Part shown: positions 17,139-27,939 of the stretch, one piece after another
Numbering within the stretch: the stretch's first letter is position 1
Layout: every line of letters begins with the position of its first letter
Source of the DNA: Flavobacteriaceae bacterium UBA7302
Lineage (GTDB): Bacteria; Bacteroidota; Bacteroidia; Flavobacteriales; Flavobacteriaceae
Reading direction: 5' to 3'
DNA length: 64,000 nucleotides
Assembly (NCBI GenBank): GCA_002471825.1
Contig: DKQS01000011.1
Location: 42,712 to 106,711 of the forward strand
The notes under the pieces: model-generated
What the model was told of the DNA's origin: nothing
Seen by the model: only the letters and a program-made list of their open reading frames with translations
The model's database searches: none
Position numbers and translations under genes: made by a program

Positions 17139-17816
17139 ATGAAATCCAAACTTCTACTATTCTTGGGGACAATTCTATTGTTCTCTTGTGGATCAAGCAC
17201 AAACTCCGACGCATTTATATCAGAGGCATCAGGAAGGTATTTATTCAATGCGGATGAAATCCTGGAAGTATATTTTAAAGAAAAGGTATTGTACATCAAG
17301 TGGCGTGCGAATGACGAATTAAAACCATTGAAGGTGAATGATTCCACGTTTTACTTGGCTGAACTCAATGAAAAAATGATTTTCAACACCAAAAAGGAAG
17401 TCATCAATCTAGCGCCAAAAAAAGAACATGAAGGGGTCATTTATAAATTTGAAAAACTAGGAGAAGGTGAAAAAATACCAAGTGAATATATTGCTGAAGG
17501 AGATTTTACCAATGCCTTACTAGCCTATCAAAAAATTCAGAAAAAAGACTCGTTAAATCCCATTATTCGTCAGTGGACCATTAATAGAATGGGATATGAT
17601 TATATGAGGAAGCGAGAATATGAAAACGCTCTAGAGATATTTAAAATCAACAACAAACTGTATCCAAAAAGCTCCAATACTTTTGATAGCATGGCCGATG
17701 CTTACCTTCGTATGAAAGACACTACCAAGGCCATTGAGTATTACAAAAAAGCCCTGGCGATCAATCCGGAAAACAGAAGTTCCAAAAGACAATTGAAGAA
17801 AATCACCAAAAAATAA
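17139..17816 (+). CDS. TPR-containing lipoprotein
   Basis: Lipobox LFSC; C-terminal TPR YPKSSNTFDSMADAY...YYKKALAINP. Confidence 0.85.
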   Translation: MKSKLLLFLGTILLFSCGSSTNSDAFISEASGRYLFNADEILEVYFKEKVLYIKWRANDELKPLKVNDSTFYLAELNEKMIFNTKKEVINLAPKKEHEGVIYKFEKLGEGEKIPSEYIAEGDFTNALLAYQKIQKKDSLNPIIRQWTINRMGYDYMRKREYENALEIFKINNKLYPKSSNTFDSMADAYLRMKDTTKAIEYYKKALAINPENRSSKRQLKKITKK

Positions 17817-18346
17817 TGGATCATTTAAGATATCCAATTGGGAAATTTGACGTTCCTCAACAAATCACTGAAAATCATGTAAAAGATTGGATTGAAGTCC
17901 TTGAGTTCTTTCCAACTCGACTAGAAAATTTGGTTAAAAACTTGAATGAGGAGCAACTAGACACTCCCTACAGAAATGGCGGATGGACAGTTCGTCAAGT
18001 GGTGCATCATTGTTCGGACAGCCATCACAATAGCTACCTTCGATTCAAATGGGCGCTTACTGAAGACACTCCAACAATCAAAGCGTATTTTGAAAAGAAC
18101 TGGGCCGAATTAATTGATGCCAAGCATGCACCTATCGATATGTCGTTAGATCATTTAAAAGCCATACACTCCAAATTGGTCTACTTACTTAAGCGATTGT
18201 CAGAAGAGCAATTGAATCGAAAATTTATTCATCCTGAGAAAAACAGTGAGGTCTCATTAAAACAAAACATTGGTCAATATGCCTGGCATTCAAACCATCA
18301 TTATGCGCATATTGAAGAATTGTTGAAAAGAAAAAATTGGCTTTAA
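17816..18346 (+). CDS. YfiT/DinB-family putative bacillithiol transferase
   Basis: LRYPIGKF, LDTPYRNGGWTVRQVVHH and YAWHSNHHYAHI motifs. Confidence 0.88.
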   Translation: MDHLRYPIGKFDVPQQITENHVKDWIEVLEFFPTRLENLVKNLNEEQLDTPYRNGGWTVRQVVHHCSDSHHNSYLRFKWALTEDTPTIKAYFEKNWAELIDAKHAPIDMSLDHLKAIHSKLVYLLKRLSEEQLNRKFIHPEKNSEVSLKQNIGQYAWHSNHHYAHIEELLKRKNWL

Positions 18347-18377
18347 ATGATTACTTTTACCCTGTAAAAGATAATCC

Positions 18378-18842
18378 ATGAAAACAGCCCAAGAGTATTT
18401 TGATGAATACGCGGTTAGTCATCAAAATGAAACCAACCAACTTATTCACTATATCTGTGTACCATTGATCTTTTTCAGTGTTATTGGTCTATTGATGTCC
18501 ATTCCCACTGGATTTTTAGAGGATACTTTTAAACTCTGCAATCCGCTTGTAGAAAACTGGGCCTTTATTGTTGGGATATTAATCGGCATTTTTTACTTAC
18601 GATTAGGCTTCTGGTATTTGGTAAAAATGATGTTTGTCATCATGGTTTCCATCATTTTAAACTTTTGGTTGGGCAATAATACCAATCTTTTATGGGCTTC
18701 CTTAATCATTTTTGTTTTGGCATGGATTGGTCAATTTTACGGCCATAAGGTGGAAGGGGCGAAACCTTCATTCCTAAAAGATTTAGAATTCTTATTAATC
18801 GGTCCGCTTTGGGTCATTGAAAAATTAACAAAGAAATCATGA
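18378..18842 (+). CDS. DUF962 / Mpo1-like membrane protein
   Basis: Y..SHQNETNQLIHYICVP and WIGQFYGHKVEGAKPSF motifs. Confidence 0.88.
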   Translation: MKTAQEYFDEYAVSHQNETNQLIHYICVPLIFFSVIGLLMSIPTGFLEDTFKLCNPLVENWAFIVGILIGIFYLRLGFWYLVKMMFVIMVSIILNFWLGNNTNLLWASLIIFVLAWIGQFYGHKVEGAKPSFLKDLEFLLIGPLWVIEKLTKKS

Positions 18843-19177
18843 GTTCTACCATTGCATTTGAAGATTTTTTAAAGGTTGATATCCGTGTGGGTACGATTAT
18901 CGAAATCAATGATTTTCCAAAAGCCAGAAAACCGGCCTACCAACTTCACATTGATTTTGGAGATTTAGGTGTAAAAAAATCAAGCGCCCAGATTACAGAT
19001 CTTTACTCAAAAGAAGAATTAATAAACCGTCAAGTAACGGCGATAGTAAATTTTAAACCAAGACAAATTGCAAACTTCTTGAGCGAAGTATTAGTATTGG
19101 GTGTTTATAACAAAGAAGGCGAAGTGGTCTTATTGAAATCCGATAAGAAGATCACCAATGGCGAACAAGTTCGATAG
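18839..19177 (+). CDS. tRNA-binding / CsaA-family OB-fold protein
   Basis: FLKVDIRVGTI, KKSSAQIT, VNFKPRQIA and SEVLVLG motifs. Confidence 0.9.
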   Translation: MSSTIAFEDFLKVDIRVGTIIEINDFPKARKPAYQLHIDFGDLGVKKSSAQITDLYSKEELINRQVTAIVNFKPRQIANFLSEVLVLGVYNKEGEVVLLKSDKKITNGEQVR

Positions 19178-19178
19178 C

Positions 19179-19337
19179 CTATCGATCTGGATTATTCAAG
19201 ATAACCAAAGCTCCAATAACTCCCGGTATCCATCCGCAGAGTGTCAAGAGAAAAATTATAAAAAAAGAACCGCATCCTTTATCGATCACCGATAAGGGTG
19301 GAAAGATGATGGCTAATAAAACGCGAAAGAATCCCAT
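19179..19337 (-). CDS. YqaE/Pmp3-family small membrane protein (not in ORF track)
   Basis: MGFFRVLLAIIFPPLSVIDKGCGSFFIIFLLTLCGWIPGVIGALVILNNPDR* matches the Pmp3 pattern AIxxPPL...GWIPG. Confidence 0.85.
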   Translation of the reverse strand: MGFFRVLLAIIFPPLSVIDKGCGSFFIIFLLTLCGWIPGVIGALVILNNPDR

Positions 19338-19404
19338 AGACTATTTTTGGTTGATTGCATCTATATGACGCTAACCACTCGCGTTTGTTACAAAGATTTT
19401 ATCC

Positions 19405-19608
19405 TTACTTCCGAGAACGTGTTGATAACCCAAAGGGCAAATACAAAGGGCAAACTCTTACCAAACTTGTCAATAATAAAATTCCGGCAACTCCTAAAAA
19501 TACAATTCCTAGTACTCCTTCAATCACATTAAAGTAGTAAAGAACCATAATTAAGATTGCTAATAACGAACGTACCAATCTGTCTCCTGGACCCATATTT
19601 TTTTTCAT
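19405..19608 (-). CDS. DUF2892 (YgaP-like) membrane protein
   Basis: MKKNMGxxDRxxR...TSLVRVCPLYLPFG signature. Confidence 0.9.
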   Translation of the reverse strand: MKKNMGPGDRLVRSLLAILIMVLYYFNVIEGVLGIVFLGVAGILLLTSLVRVCPLYLPFGLSTRSRK

Positions 19609-19657
19609 GATTCTAAATTTTGATACTCAAAGGAAATCATTTCATTAGAAGTAGGAT

Positions 19658-19671
19658 ATGATATTTGTCAT
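19658..19671. promoter_or_regulatory. Crp/Fnr-like palindrome ATGATATTTGTCAT
   Basis: TGA-N6-TCA imperfect palindrome upstream of the DUF2892 gene. Confidence 0.35.
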
Positions 19672-19683
19672 GCCAGTCTTCAC

Positions 19684-19714
19684 AAAAAAAAAAATCCCGC
19701 ACAAGCGGGATTTT
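19684..19714 (-). terminator. Intrinsic terminator for the M14 peptidase gene
   Basis: AAAATCCCGC-acaa-GCGGGATTTT with a long U-tract on the minus strand. Confidence 0.85.
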
Positions 19715-19737
19715 AAGATTGTTATTTATTGATTCCC

Positions 19738-22236
19738 TTACATTTTATCTCCGAAGAAAATGGCATTCATCAACAACTTATTGGTACCAAACCAAAAGGC
19801 TCTAAAATTGGTGTTATCGGTAAAAACAATGGTTCTACCTCTTCCAAATCGTTGTACTTTAAAGGGAACGGTATTTCCAATTACCTTGGCATTCTCTTTC
19901 GATATATAACCGCTTAACAATGGATTCGCAGTATATTGAATCGGATTGTTATAACTTCTACTGTCTGGTTTTACAAAAATTGTGGTCTTTCTGAATAGGG
20001 CAAGCTTGTCATCCTTATATCCGAAATTGATCGGATGCGAACGATCTAGTTTGGCTTCAAAAATGGCACCCCCAATTACCTGAGCTCCTGATTGCAAGCT
20101 TCGCTCTTCGAAGGAAACATTGGAAATGGTATCAAACTTAGGACGTGTAAAATCCAAATTGATTAGTTTGTTACTTGCCATCCAACGTAGCGCATTTTTA
20201 TAACCAATGATGATTCCACCATTTCGAACCCATGTTTTGAGTTTACCCACAAAATCAGACGACATTCTGCTACTACTAGGAACAACCAAGTGCGTATACT
20301 TTGATAAATCTACACGAGCTGCATAGCTCATATCCAATCTTGTAATGTGCATGTCGTATCGTTGATCAAACAGATGCCACACTTGACCCGAATCATAACT
20401 AGTGATTCCAGAACCTACCAACATGGCTACTTTGGGAGTAGAAACAGCGGCAAAATTGCGGCTACCCAAATCCATATCTGGATTGTCACCTGTTGGGGTT
20501 CCATAAATTGTTAGATGGGCATCACTTGCTACTCCCTGCAAAAATTGATACAATTCACTGGAGTTTAAACGTTGATTCTGAACCGGAATTAAAATGGTTC
20601 CATAATCATAACTTCTACCATTGTTGGTAAAGTTTTTCATGGAAACTTTGGCGCGCAATCCTTTTTGCAGAATGGCATTTAGCGCTTTGGGAGTATAAAA
20701 CTCATTCCAAGGCATTAGATAGCCATAATCGCTTTTTACCGTCACGACACCTTCTTTCATCATTAAATCCGTCACTTCGGCTCCAGCTTTTGACAAAGAC
20801 ACATTTTCTGCATAATCCAAGTCGAATGCATGGTTGAATGTCCATGCCGAAACATCATAAAAAAGACTGTCTTTGAACTTTGTTCGAACATCAAACATGG
20901 CCTTTACCAAGCGATGTTTTTTTTGATTCATAGGAACCATGTAACTATATCCTTTTTTGAATCTTTTACCATTGACGCTAAAATCAGATTTCACCTCATG
21001 AATTTTGATTTTGTGCTTTTTCATCACCTCGGCCAAATGAAAGGTTTTGGCAGCATCTTTTTCATCGCCAAATACAATGGCATTGTTCTTAAAGGTACTT
21101 CTTGATTCCTTGTAAAAAGCCTGCTGGTATTTTAAAATCTTTACACGCATTTTACGTGCCGCTTCCAAGGTCGATAATGCAGCCGTAAATTGATTACGAA
21201 TGGTAAATGGAAAAGTTAGGATTCCGTTCTCCGTTTCTTGGGCATGTCCTCTAGAACTTCCTTGCTCGAATAAAATTCCGATTCCGCCATTAATATCTGG
21301 GAAAGTAGATCCTTTTCCGTAATAGTAATCGTCAAAGCTTTCTTTAGAATAATAGTAGGATCCTATTTTGTCAAGGGCTTTGGCGTGGTATGTTCCGATT
21401 TCTTCAGTCAATTGCTGATTCAATTCTGGTGTCATTGGATGGGTTCTACTCGGAATTCCAGGCTGGAAAAAGAAGGTAGAATTGCTTCCCATCTCGTGAT
21501 GATCTGTCAAAATATTAGGCAACCATTTGTGGAACTGGGCAATTCTTGCAGAACTCTCTGGCAGTTGCACTGGCAACCAGTCTCTGTTCATATCAAATTG
21601 ATAATGATTGGTTCTACCTCCCGGCCACACTTCACGATACTCTCGGTCATTCGGATCCGGATTGATATTCTTGCTTCTATTCGTATTGGCCCAATAGGCA
21701 AAACGTTGCAATCCGTCTGGATTAAAACTTGGATCAAATAAAATCACCACATTGTTTAACAAATCGTCAATGCCCTCAGCTGCTGCCAAATGATAGGCTA
21801 CTGCCAAAGCTGCATTCGAGCCACTTGGCTCATTTCCATGAATAGAAAATCCTTGATATACAACAATGGGATCATTGCTTACATCGTAAGAGGCATCATT
21901 GGTACCTTTGATATGATTAGCGCGAATTTCATCAATTCTTGCATGGTTTTTTGGAGCTGTAATCGTTAACAACAATAACGGTCGGTCTTCATAAGTCTCT
22001 CCAGTTTTCTCCAAGCTTATGCGATCTGAAGCCTTGGCCAGTGCTTTCATGTACTCGACCAGTTTATCGTGAGTTACATGCCACTCTCCTACTTCATGAC
22101 CAATCACAGACTCTGGTGTTGGTATCGCAGGATTGTAGCTGACATTTTTTGGTAAGTAATAACTCAAATCTACTTTTTGAGCTGATAGTGAGAAGCTTAC
22201 AAGAAGTAGTAAGATAAAAGTTGGAAAGTTTTTCAT
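19738..22236 (-). CDS. M14-family zinc carboxypeptidase-like protein, secreted
   Basis: SIHGNEPSG, NPDG, GGRTNHYQFDMNRDW and DHHEMG motifs. Start moved to MKNFPTF. Confidence 0.88.
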   Translation of the reverse strand: MKNFPTFILLLLVSFSLSAQKVDLSYYLPKNVSYNPAIPTPESVIGHEVGEWHVTHDKLVEYMKALAKASDRISLEKTGETYEDRPLLLLTITAPKNHARIDEIRANHIKGTNDASYDVSNDPIVVYQGFSIHGNEPSGSNAALAVAYHLAAAEGIDDLLNNVVILFDPSFNPDGLQRFAYWANTNRSKNINPDPNDREYREVWPGGRTNHYQFDMNRDWLPVQLPESSARIAQFHKWLPNILTDHHEMGSNSTFFFQPGIPSRTHPMTPELNQQLTEEIGTYHAKALDKIGSYYYSKESFDDYYYGKGSTFPDINGGIGILFEQGSSRGHAQETENGILTFPFTIRNQFTAALSTLEAARKMRVKILKYQQAFYKESRSTFKNNAIVFGDEKDAAKTFHLAEVMKKHKIKIHEVKSDFSVNGKRFKKGYSYMVPMNQKKHRLVKAMFDVRTKFKDSLFYDVSAWTFNHAFDLDYAENVSLSKAGAEVTDLMMKEGVVTVKSDYGYLMPWNEFYTPKALNAILQKGLRAKVSMKNFTNNGRSYDYGTILIPVQNQRLNSSELYQFLQGVASDAHLTIYGTPTGDNPDMDLGSRNFAAVSTPKVAMLVGSGITSYDSGQVWHLFDQRYDMHITRLDMSYAARVDLSKYTHLVVPSSSRMSSDFVGKLKTWVRNGGIIIGYKNALRWMASNKLINLDFTRPKFDTISNVSFEERSLQSGAQVIGGAIFEAKLDRSHPINFGYKDDKLALFRKTTIFVKPDSRSYNNPIQYTANPLLSGYISKENAKVIGNTVPFKVQRFGRGRTIVFTDNTNFRAFWFGTNKLLMNAIFFGDKM

Positions 22237-22386
22237 GAAGTAAAAATTTTTAATGCAAACAAAGATAAGCAATCCCGAAGTTTTCATTTTTTGAAAAAAT
22301 AAATCTTCAAAAGGTGACATTTGTTACCTTTTTTCAATAAAAGCCACTTTAATTTTGTGTTGTTCATCAACCATAAATTACGACTC

Positions 22387-23166
22387 ATGAAAGTCTTGGT
22401 AACGCGATTTATTGTTTTCATTTTGATTATCATCGCTTCGATTCATTTATATCAAGAAGAACATTCCCTTAAAAACAAACATTGGACTTATGAAGGGGAA
22501 ACAGCTCCAGAACATTGGGCTGAGATTGAAAAGGATTCTGATTGTAATGGGCGCAATCAATCTCCCATCAATATTGTTGAAATCAACACCCAATTAGTTG
22601 AAAAAGCAAAAGATGATTTAAACATCCATTATTCGCCATTTACCTTTATCAATTCTGTAGTAAACAACGGACATTCCATTCAATTCAATTTTGAACGAGG
22701 AGATTCTCTTCAATACAAAAATAAAGTCTATCATTTGGCTCAAATTCATTTCCATGAACCTGCCGAGCATACCATCAATGGAATTCGGTATCCTTTAGAA
22801 ATACATCTTGTGCATGCCAATGAGGATAATTCGTATACGGTAATGGCAATTGTGGCTAAGGAAGGCATTGAGAGTGATATATTTGAGTTTTTGGAGAGCT
22901 TTTTACCCATTGAGGTAAACGATGAAAAAACGATTCACGAACCTCTAGACCTAACTACCCTATTTCCCAAGGATAAGAGTTATTTCTCTTACAAAGGTTC
23001 CTTGACGACTCCACCATGTAGCGAAAGTGTCGATTGGATCATTTTCAAAGAACCGATTATCGTTTCTGTAGAAGAAGTATTAAAGCTGAAAAAGAACATG
23101 CCCAAAGACAATTATCGCAACGAACAACCTTTGAATGATCGCATAGTAGAGCTTCACCTCCGCTAG
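22387..23166 (+). CDS. Alpha-class carbonic anhydrase, secreted
   Basis: WTYEG, QSPINI, QIHFHEPAEH, EIHLVH, YKGSLTTPPC and NYRNEQPLN motifs. Confidence 0.95.
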   Translation: MKVLVTRFIVFILIIIASIHLYQEEHSLKNKHWTYEGETAPEHWAEIEKDSDCNGRNQSPINIVEINTQLVEKAKDDLNIHYSPFTFINSVVNNGHSIQFNFERGDSLQYKNKVYHLAQIHFHEPAEHTINGIRYPLEIHLVHANEDNSYTVMAIVAKEGIESDIFEFLESFLPIEVNDEKTIHEPLDLTTLFPKDKSYFSYKGSLTTPPCSESVDWIIFKEPIIVSVEEVLKLKKNMPKDNYRNEQPLNDRIVELHLR

Positions 23167-23169
23167 GAC

Positions 23170-24900
23170 CTACTGTTCCGCCTTGAACATCACTTTACCA
23201 GCAATCATTGTTTGAAGCACTTTTCCCTTCAATATTTCTTCTGGAGAAGCATTCAATACATCGGTATCAATAATGGTTAAATCGGCCCATTTTCCGACCT
23301 CAATGGTGCCAGATACTTGCTCTTGTTTCGCCGCATAAGCGGGCCAAGTAGTATAGGCCCTTATTGTTTCTTCTTTTGTAAAAGCCTGTTCAGGGTAATA
23401 CGCTTTATCGTTGGGGGATTTCTTTTTGGTAATGGCGCAATAAATACCATAAAAGAAACTAGGATCTGAACCCGTAAAATCTGAATTGAATATAACCTTG
23501 GCTTGATTTTGTCGTAGTGTTCGCCAGGCATAAGCTCCTTTGGCCCTTTCTTCTCCGATGCGATCTATGGCCCAAGGCATGTCTTCTACTGCGTGTGCTG
23601 GCTCCATGGACGCTGTTATATTTAAAGGAGCAAATCTCTTGAAATCATCGGGATGCACGACTTGCACATGTTCAATGCGATGTCTTAACTGTTGGGAATC
23701 GGGATGATCTTTAAAATACCCTTCATACAGGTCCAATACATCTCGATTGGCTTGATCTCCGATGGCATGAATAGCCAATCTAAATCCTTTATCGAGTGCC
23801 TTAATCATCAAGTCTTTGTCAAATCCATATGCCAATCCGCTTACTCCAGTGTAATCTTTTTTATCTGAATATGGCTCTAAAAATTTGGCTCCTCTTGAGC
23901 CCAAAGATCCATCATAATAACCCTTAAAACCTGTTACTTGAAGAAAGTCTTCAATGTTCTGAGTTGGACCTCTGGCCAGCCAAGTATTGACCAATTCCAT
24001 GTTGTACTTTCTGGCGGCTACAAATGCGTGCACCCGCATCGGCAATTTCCCGTTGGCCTCTAAATCTTCATAGACCTCCATATGCGCTTTTTCAACACCC
24101 AAATGATGGGTTGCCGTAAATCCGAGACTTAATAGCTGATCAAATCCGTACTTCATTATTCGGGTTTGTTGGGCTAAGGATTTGGCTGGGATTTTATCAA
24201 ATAGCAAGCGTTTTGCTCCGTTGATCAATACATATTTCAGGTTCCCTAGTTTGTCTAAAAGTATCTTCCCTCCTTTTTCGGGAACCGAGGATTTGGTGAT
24301 TCCCGCCTTTTCAAAAGCCAAGGCATTTCCCATAACCCCGAAGCCCCGTAAGCCGATCAATACAATGGGATGTTCTGGAGTTTGGCTACTCAATCGCTTC
24401 ATGTCTGGATATGAATTGGCGAATTCGGCCTCATCCCATCCTGAAGCAATAATCCATTCGCCTTTGGGGACAGATTTCGATTTTTCAATCATCAATTCGA
24501 TAATTTCATCAGCCGATAAGCCCTGTAGTTTTATAGCTTCAGCCTTTTCTCCGATTTCATTTAAATGTCCGTGGGATTCAATCAATCCTGGTAAAATAAC
24601 GTAACCCTCAAGATCAATCATTTTGGTTTGTGACCCTTGAAGTTTTTTCAATTCCTTAGTAGAACCTACAGCCATGATTCGATTGCCCTTTATGGCTATC
24701 GCCTCAGCATCAGGAATGTACTTTCCTTGTTTTATAGGAGCCGTTTCAGAAGGGTTTCCATCGAGATCAGGATCTTCCCAACTCATGGTATAAACACGCG
24801 CATTTAGGTAGATGATATCAGCCTCTTCATTCGTTTTTTCTGCACAGGAGAAAAACATAATTACAATCAAAAAGACAACAAAAGGAATCAGTCGCTTCAT
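23170..24900 (-). CDS. Amidohydrolase-3 (YtcJ-like) lipoprotein
   Basis: PGLIESHGH, DGSLGSRGA, AIHAIGDQAN, RHRIEHVQ and GTIEVGKWAD motifs. Confidence 0.9.
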   Translation of the reverse strand: MKRLIPFVVFLIVIMFFSCAEKTNEEADIIYLNARVYTMSWEDPDLDGNPSETAPIKQGKYIPDAEAIAIKGNRIMAVGSTKELKKLQGSQTKMIDLEGYVILPGLIESHGHLNEIGEKAEAIKLQGLSADEIIELMIEKSKSVPKGEWIIASGWDEAEFANSYPDMKRLSSQTPEHPIVLIGLRGFGVMGNALAFEKAGITKSSVPEKGGKILLDKLGNLKYVLINGAKRLLFDKIPAKSLAQQTRIMKYGFDQLLSLGFTATHHLGVEKAHMEVYEDLEANGKLPMRVHAFVAARKYNMELVNTWLARGPTQNIEDFLQVTGFKGYYDGSLGSRGAKFLEPYSDKKDYTGVSGLAYGFDKDLMIKALDKGFRLAIHAIGDQANRDVLDLYEGYFKDHPDSQQLRHRIEHVQVVHPDDFKRFAPLNITASMEPAHAVEDMPWAIDRIGEERAKGAYAWRTLRQNQAKVIFNSDFTGSDPSFFYGIYCAITKKKSPNDKAYYPEQAFTKEETIRAYTTWPAYAAKQEQVSGTIEVGKWADLTIIDTDVLNASPEEILKGKVLQTMIAGKVMFKAEQ

Positions 24901-24992
24901 TCGGTATATAGATTTGTTTAAAATTAGGGAATCTTTTAGTTTTCGGGATTGTTGAATTCGAAATATTTCGATATTTGTTTTTTTTCAGCGCG

Positions 24993-27890
24993 ATGGCAAA
25001 TGAACCCGATTTATTGGCATTAAAAAATAAGCTCCAAGGCGAATTACACTTTGATGGGCTCTACAAATCACTATATGCCACGGATGCCTCTGTTTATCGC
25101 AAAATTCCTTTGGCAGTAGCTTATCCAAAGAATGAAGGTGATATCAAGGAACTCATTCTTTTTGCTAATTCCAATAAAATCACCTTGATCCCAAGAACGG
25201 CGGGGACATCCTTAGCCGGACAGTGTGTTGGTGAGGGAATTGTGGTTGATGTTTCCAAATACTTCACATCAATCCTAGAATTTAATGAAAAAGCGAAAAC
25301 CATCACTGTACAACCTGGAGTTGTTCGTGATGAATTGAATCAATTTTTAGCTCCTTTCGGTTTGTTTTTTGGACCAAACACCTCCACTTCCAATCGCTGT
25401 ATGATTGGCGGAATGGTAGGAAACAATTCATCGGGAAGTACTTCCATTAAATATGGGGTAACTCGAGATAAAGTGATTCAAATTGACGGATTCCTAAGTG
25501 ACGGGAGTTTTACATCCTTCGGAAATCTCAATCCAAAAAATTTCGAGAAGAAACTTCGGGAGCCAGGTTTGGAAGGCGTCATCTACAAAACATTGAATGA
25601 TAAGCTTTCTCAAAAGGAAATTCAAAAGGAAATAAAGAAGGAATTTCCAAAAGAAAGCATTCATAGAAGAAACACGGGTTATGCCGTCGATGAACTTTTG
25701 AAGTTCGAAGCTTTTGGGGGATCAGAAGAACATATCAATCTCACCCAATTGTTATCAGGAAGCGAAGGAACCTTATTCTTCTCCACCGCCATCACGCTGC
25801 AATTGGATGAAATTCAGCCTGAATACAGCGTTTTGGTTACCAGTCATTTTACCAGCGTTCAGGAGAGCTTGGAAGCCACGGTTGTGGCTATGAAACACGA
25901 CCTCTATGCCTGTGAGTTGATGGACAAGGTAATTTTGGATTGTACCAAGAGCAATCGTGAACAAGCAAAGAATCGCTTCTTTTTACAAGGAGATCCTGAG
26001 GCTGTTTTGGTGATGGAAGTTCGCGCCGAAAGTCAATCGATGGCAGAATCTTTCGCCAAAAATCTCATTTCAGATTTGAAGAAAAACAACATGGGATATC
26101 ACCATCCCATGGTAAAAGGAGATAAAACCAAGCAAGTTTTTGCCCTTAGAAAAGCCGGATTGGGTCTGCTGGGGAATATGATTGGGGATCCCAAAGCGGT
26201 AGCTTGTATTGAAGATACTGCCGTTGATCTTAACGATTTACCGAATTATATCAACGAGTTCACCTCTATCATGGACAAATACCAGCAAAAAGCGGTGTAT
26301 TATGCGCACGCTGGTGCTGGGGAATTGCATTTGCGCCCAATTTTGAATCTTAAGAAATCGGAGGACGTAGATTTATTCCGAAAAATAACCACAGAAACCG
26401 CCGAGTTGGTGAAAAAATACCAAGGATCTTTTAGTGGTGAACATGGTGACGGGATTGTGCGGGCCGAATTTATTCCTTTGATGATCGGTGAGAAAAATTA
26501 TCAATTATTAAAGGACATTAAAAAGGCCTTTGATCCAAATGATGTATTCAATAAAGGAAAGATTGTGGATGCCTATCCCATGGATGAGAATCTGCGTTAT
26601 GAAGTAGACAGAGACGAACCTAACATCAAAACCATTCAGGATTTTTCGGATAATGAAGGGATTTTAAGATTGGCTGAAAAGTGCAACGGTTCAGGCGATT
26701 GTAGAAAACCAGCATCTATGGGCGGAACCATGTGTCCGAGTTACCGCGCCACCAAAAACGAAAAAGATACTACGCGAGCAAGAGCAAATACCTTGCGTGA
26801 ATTCTTAACCAATTCAGAGCTAGAAAACAAGTTCAATCACAAAGAACTAAAGGAAGTTTTTGATTTATGTCTTAGTTGCAAAGGATGCGCAAGTGAATGT
26901 CCCAGTAATGTGGATGTGGCGGCCTTGAAGAGCGAATTCTTGTATCAATATCAAGAAGAGAATGGCTACAGCTTCCGAAGTAAATTGTTCGCGAACAATG
27001 TGAAATACAATAAGCTGGGAAGCATTGCTCCGGCTTTAACCAATGTAGTGTTGAATACCACCCTAACCAAAAAGATCATGGGTGTGGCTACAAAACGTTC
27101 GGTTCCGAAATTGGCAAATACAACCTTTTTCAAGTGGGTAAAAAAGCAGAAGGAATCCGAAAACAAAAAGGAAGTATATCTTTTTGTTGATGAGTTTAGC
27201 AACTACTACGACGTTGATATCGCCAAAGACACGTATATCTTACTAGAAAGAATTGGGTATCGTGTAAATATTGTAGAACATCAAGAAAGTGGTCGTAGTT
27301 TTATTTCTAAAGGATTTCTGAAACAAGCCAAGGAAATAGCAAATGAAAACATCGCCTTGTTTTCTGATTTAGTTTCATCGGACAAACCACTTATCGGAAT
27401 TGAGCCTTCCGCAATTTTGACTTTTAAAGACGAGTACTTGCGATTAGCGGATGACCAAGAAAAAGCGAAGTACACGGCAAAGCATGCTTATACCATCGAA
27501 GAATTTCTATTGCGTGAAATTGAAAAAGGAAATATCAAGTCCACGCAGTTTACGGCAAGATCCAAAGAAATTAAAATCCACGGACATTGTCATCAAAAAG
27601 CCCTTTCCGGCACCCATGCTACTTTCCGAATTTTAAATCTCCCTGAAAACTACAAACCAACCATCATGAATACCGGTTGTTGCGGAATGGCAGGTTCCTT
27701 TGGTTATGAAAAAGAACACTATGAGATTAGCATGCAAGTGGGTGAAGACACCTTATTCCCGAAGGTCAGAAAATTGAATTCCAAGACTGAAATTGCAGCG
27801 GCCGGAACCAGTTGTAGACACCAAATCTATGATGGCACCAAACGACAGGCCAAACATCCCGTTACCATTTTACGAGAAGCCTTGAGGTAA
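24993..27890 (+). CDS. FAD-linked oxidase with C-terminal Fe-S / CCG domains (lactate/glycolate dehydrogenase-like)
   Basis: YATDAS, GTSLAGQ, GGMVGNN, SGEHGDG, CLSCKGCASECP and CCGMAGSFG motifs. Confidence 0.9.
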   Translation: MANEPDLLALKNKLQGELHFDGLYKSLYATDASVYRKIPLAVAYPKNEGDIKELILFANSNKITLIPRTAGTSLAGQCVGEGIVVDVSKYFTSILEFNEKAKTITVQPGVVRDELNQFLAPFGLFFGPNTSTSNRCMIGGMVGNNSSGSTSIKYGVTRDKVIQIDGFLSDGSFTSFGNLNPKNFEKKLREPGLEGVIYKTLNDKLSQKEIQKEIKKEFPKESIHRRNTGYAVDELLKFEAFGGSEEHINLTQLLSGSEGTLFFSTAITLQLDEIQPEYSVLVTSHFTSVQESLEATVVAMKHDLYACELMDKVILDCTKSNREQAKNRFFLQGDPEAVLVMEVRAESQSMAESFAKNLISDLKKNNMGYHHPMVKGDKTKQVFALRKAGLGLLGNMIGDPKAVACIEDTAVDLNDLPNYINEFTSIMDKYQQKAVYYAHAGAGELHLRPILNLKKSEDVDLFRKITTETAELVKKYQGSFSGEHGDGIVRAEFIPLMIGEKNYQLLKDIKKAFDPNDVFNKGKIVDAYPMDENLRYEVDRDEPNIKTIQDFSDNEGILRLAEKCNGSGDCRKPASMGGTMCPSYRATKNEKDTTRARANTLREFLTNSELENKFNHKELKEVFDLCLSCKGCASECPSNVDVAALKSEFLYQYQEENGYSFRSKLFANNVKYNKLGSIAPALTNVVLNTTLTKKIMGVATKRSVPKLANTTFFKWVKKQKESENKKEVYLFVDEFSNYYDVDIAKDTYILLERIGYRVNIVEHQESGRSFISKGFLKQAKEIANENIALFSDLVSSDKPLIGIEPSAILTFKDEYLRLADDQEKAKYTAKHAYTIEEFLLREIEKGNIKSTQFTARSKEIKIHGHCHQKALSGTHATFRILNLPENYKPTIMNTGCCGMAGSFGYEKEHYEISMQVGEDTLFPKVRKLNSKTEIAAAGTSCRHQIYDGTKRQAKHPVTILREALR

Positions 27891-27939
27891 AGGCCAAAAT
27901 TGTATTTCGTACATTTAAAAACTCGTAAAGAAATTCTCT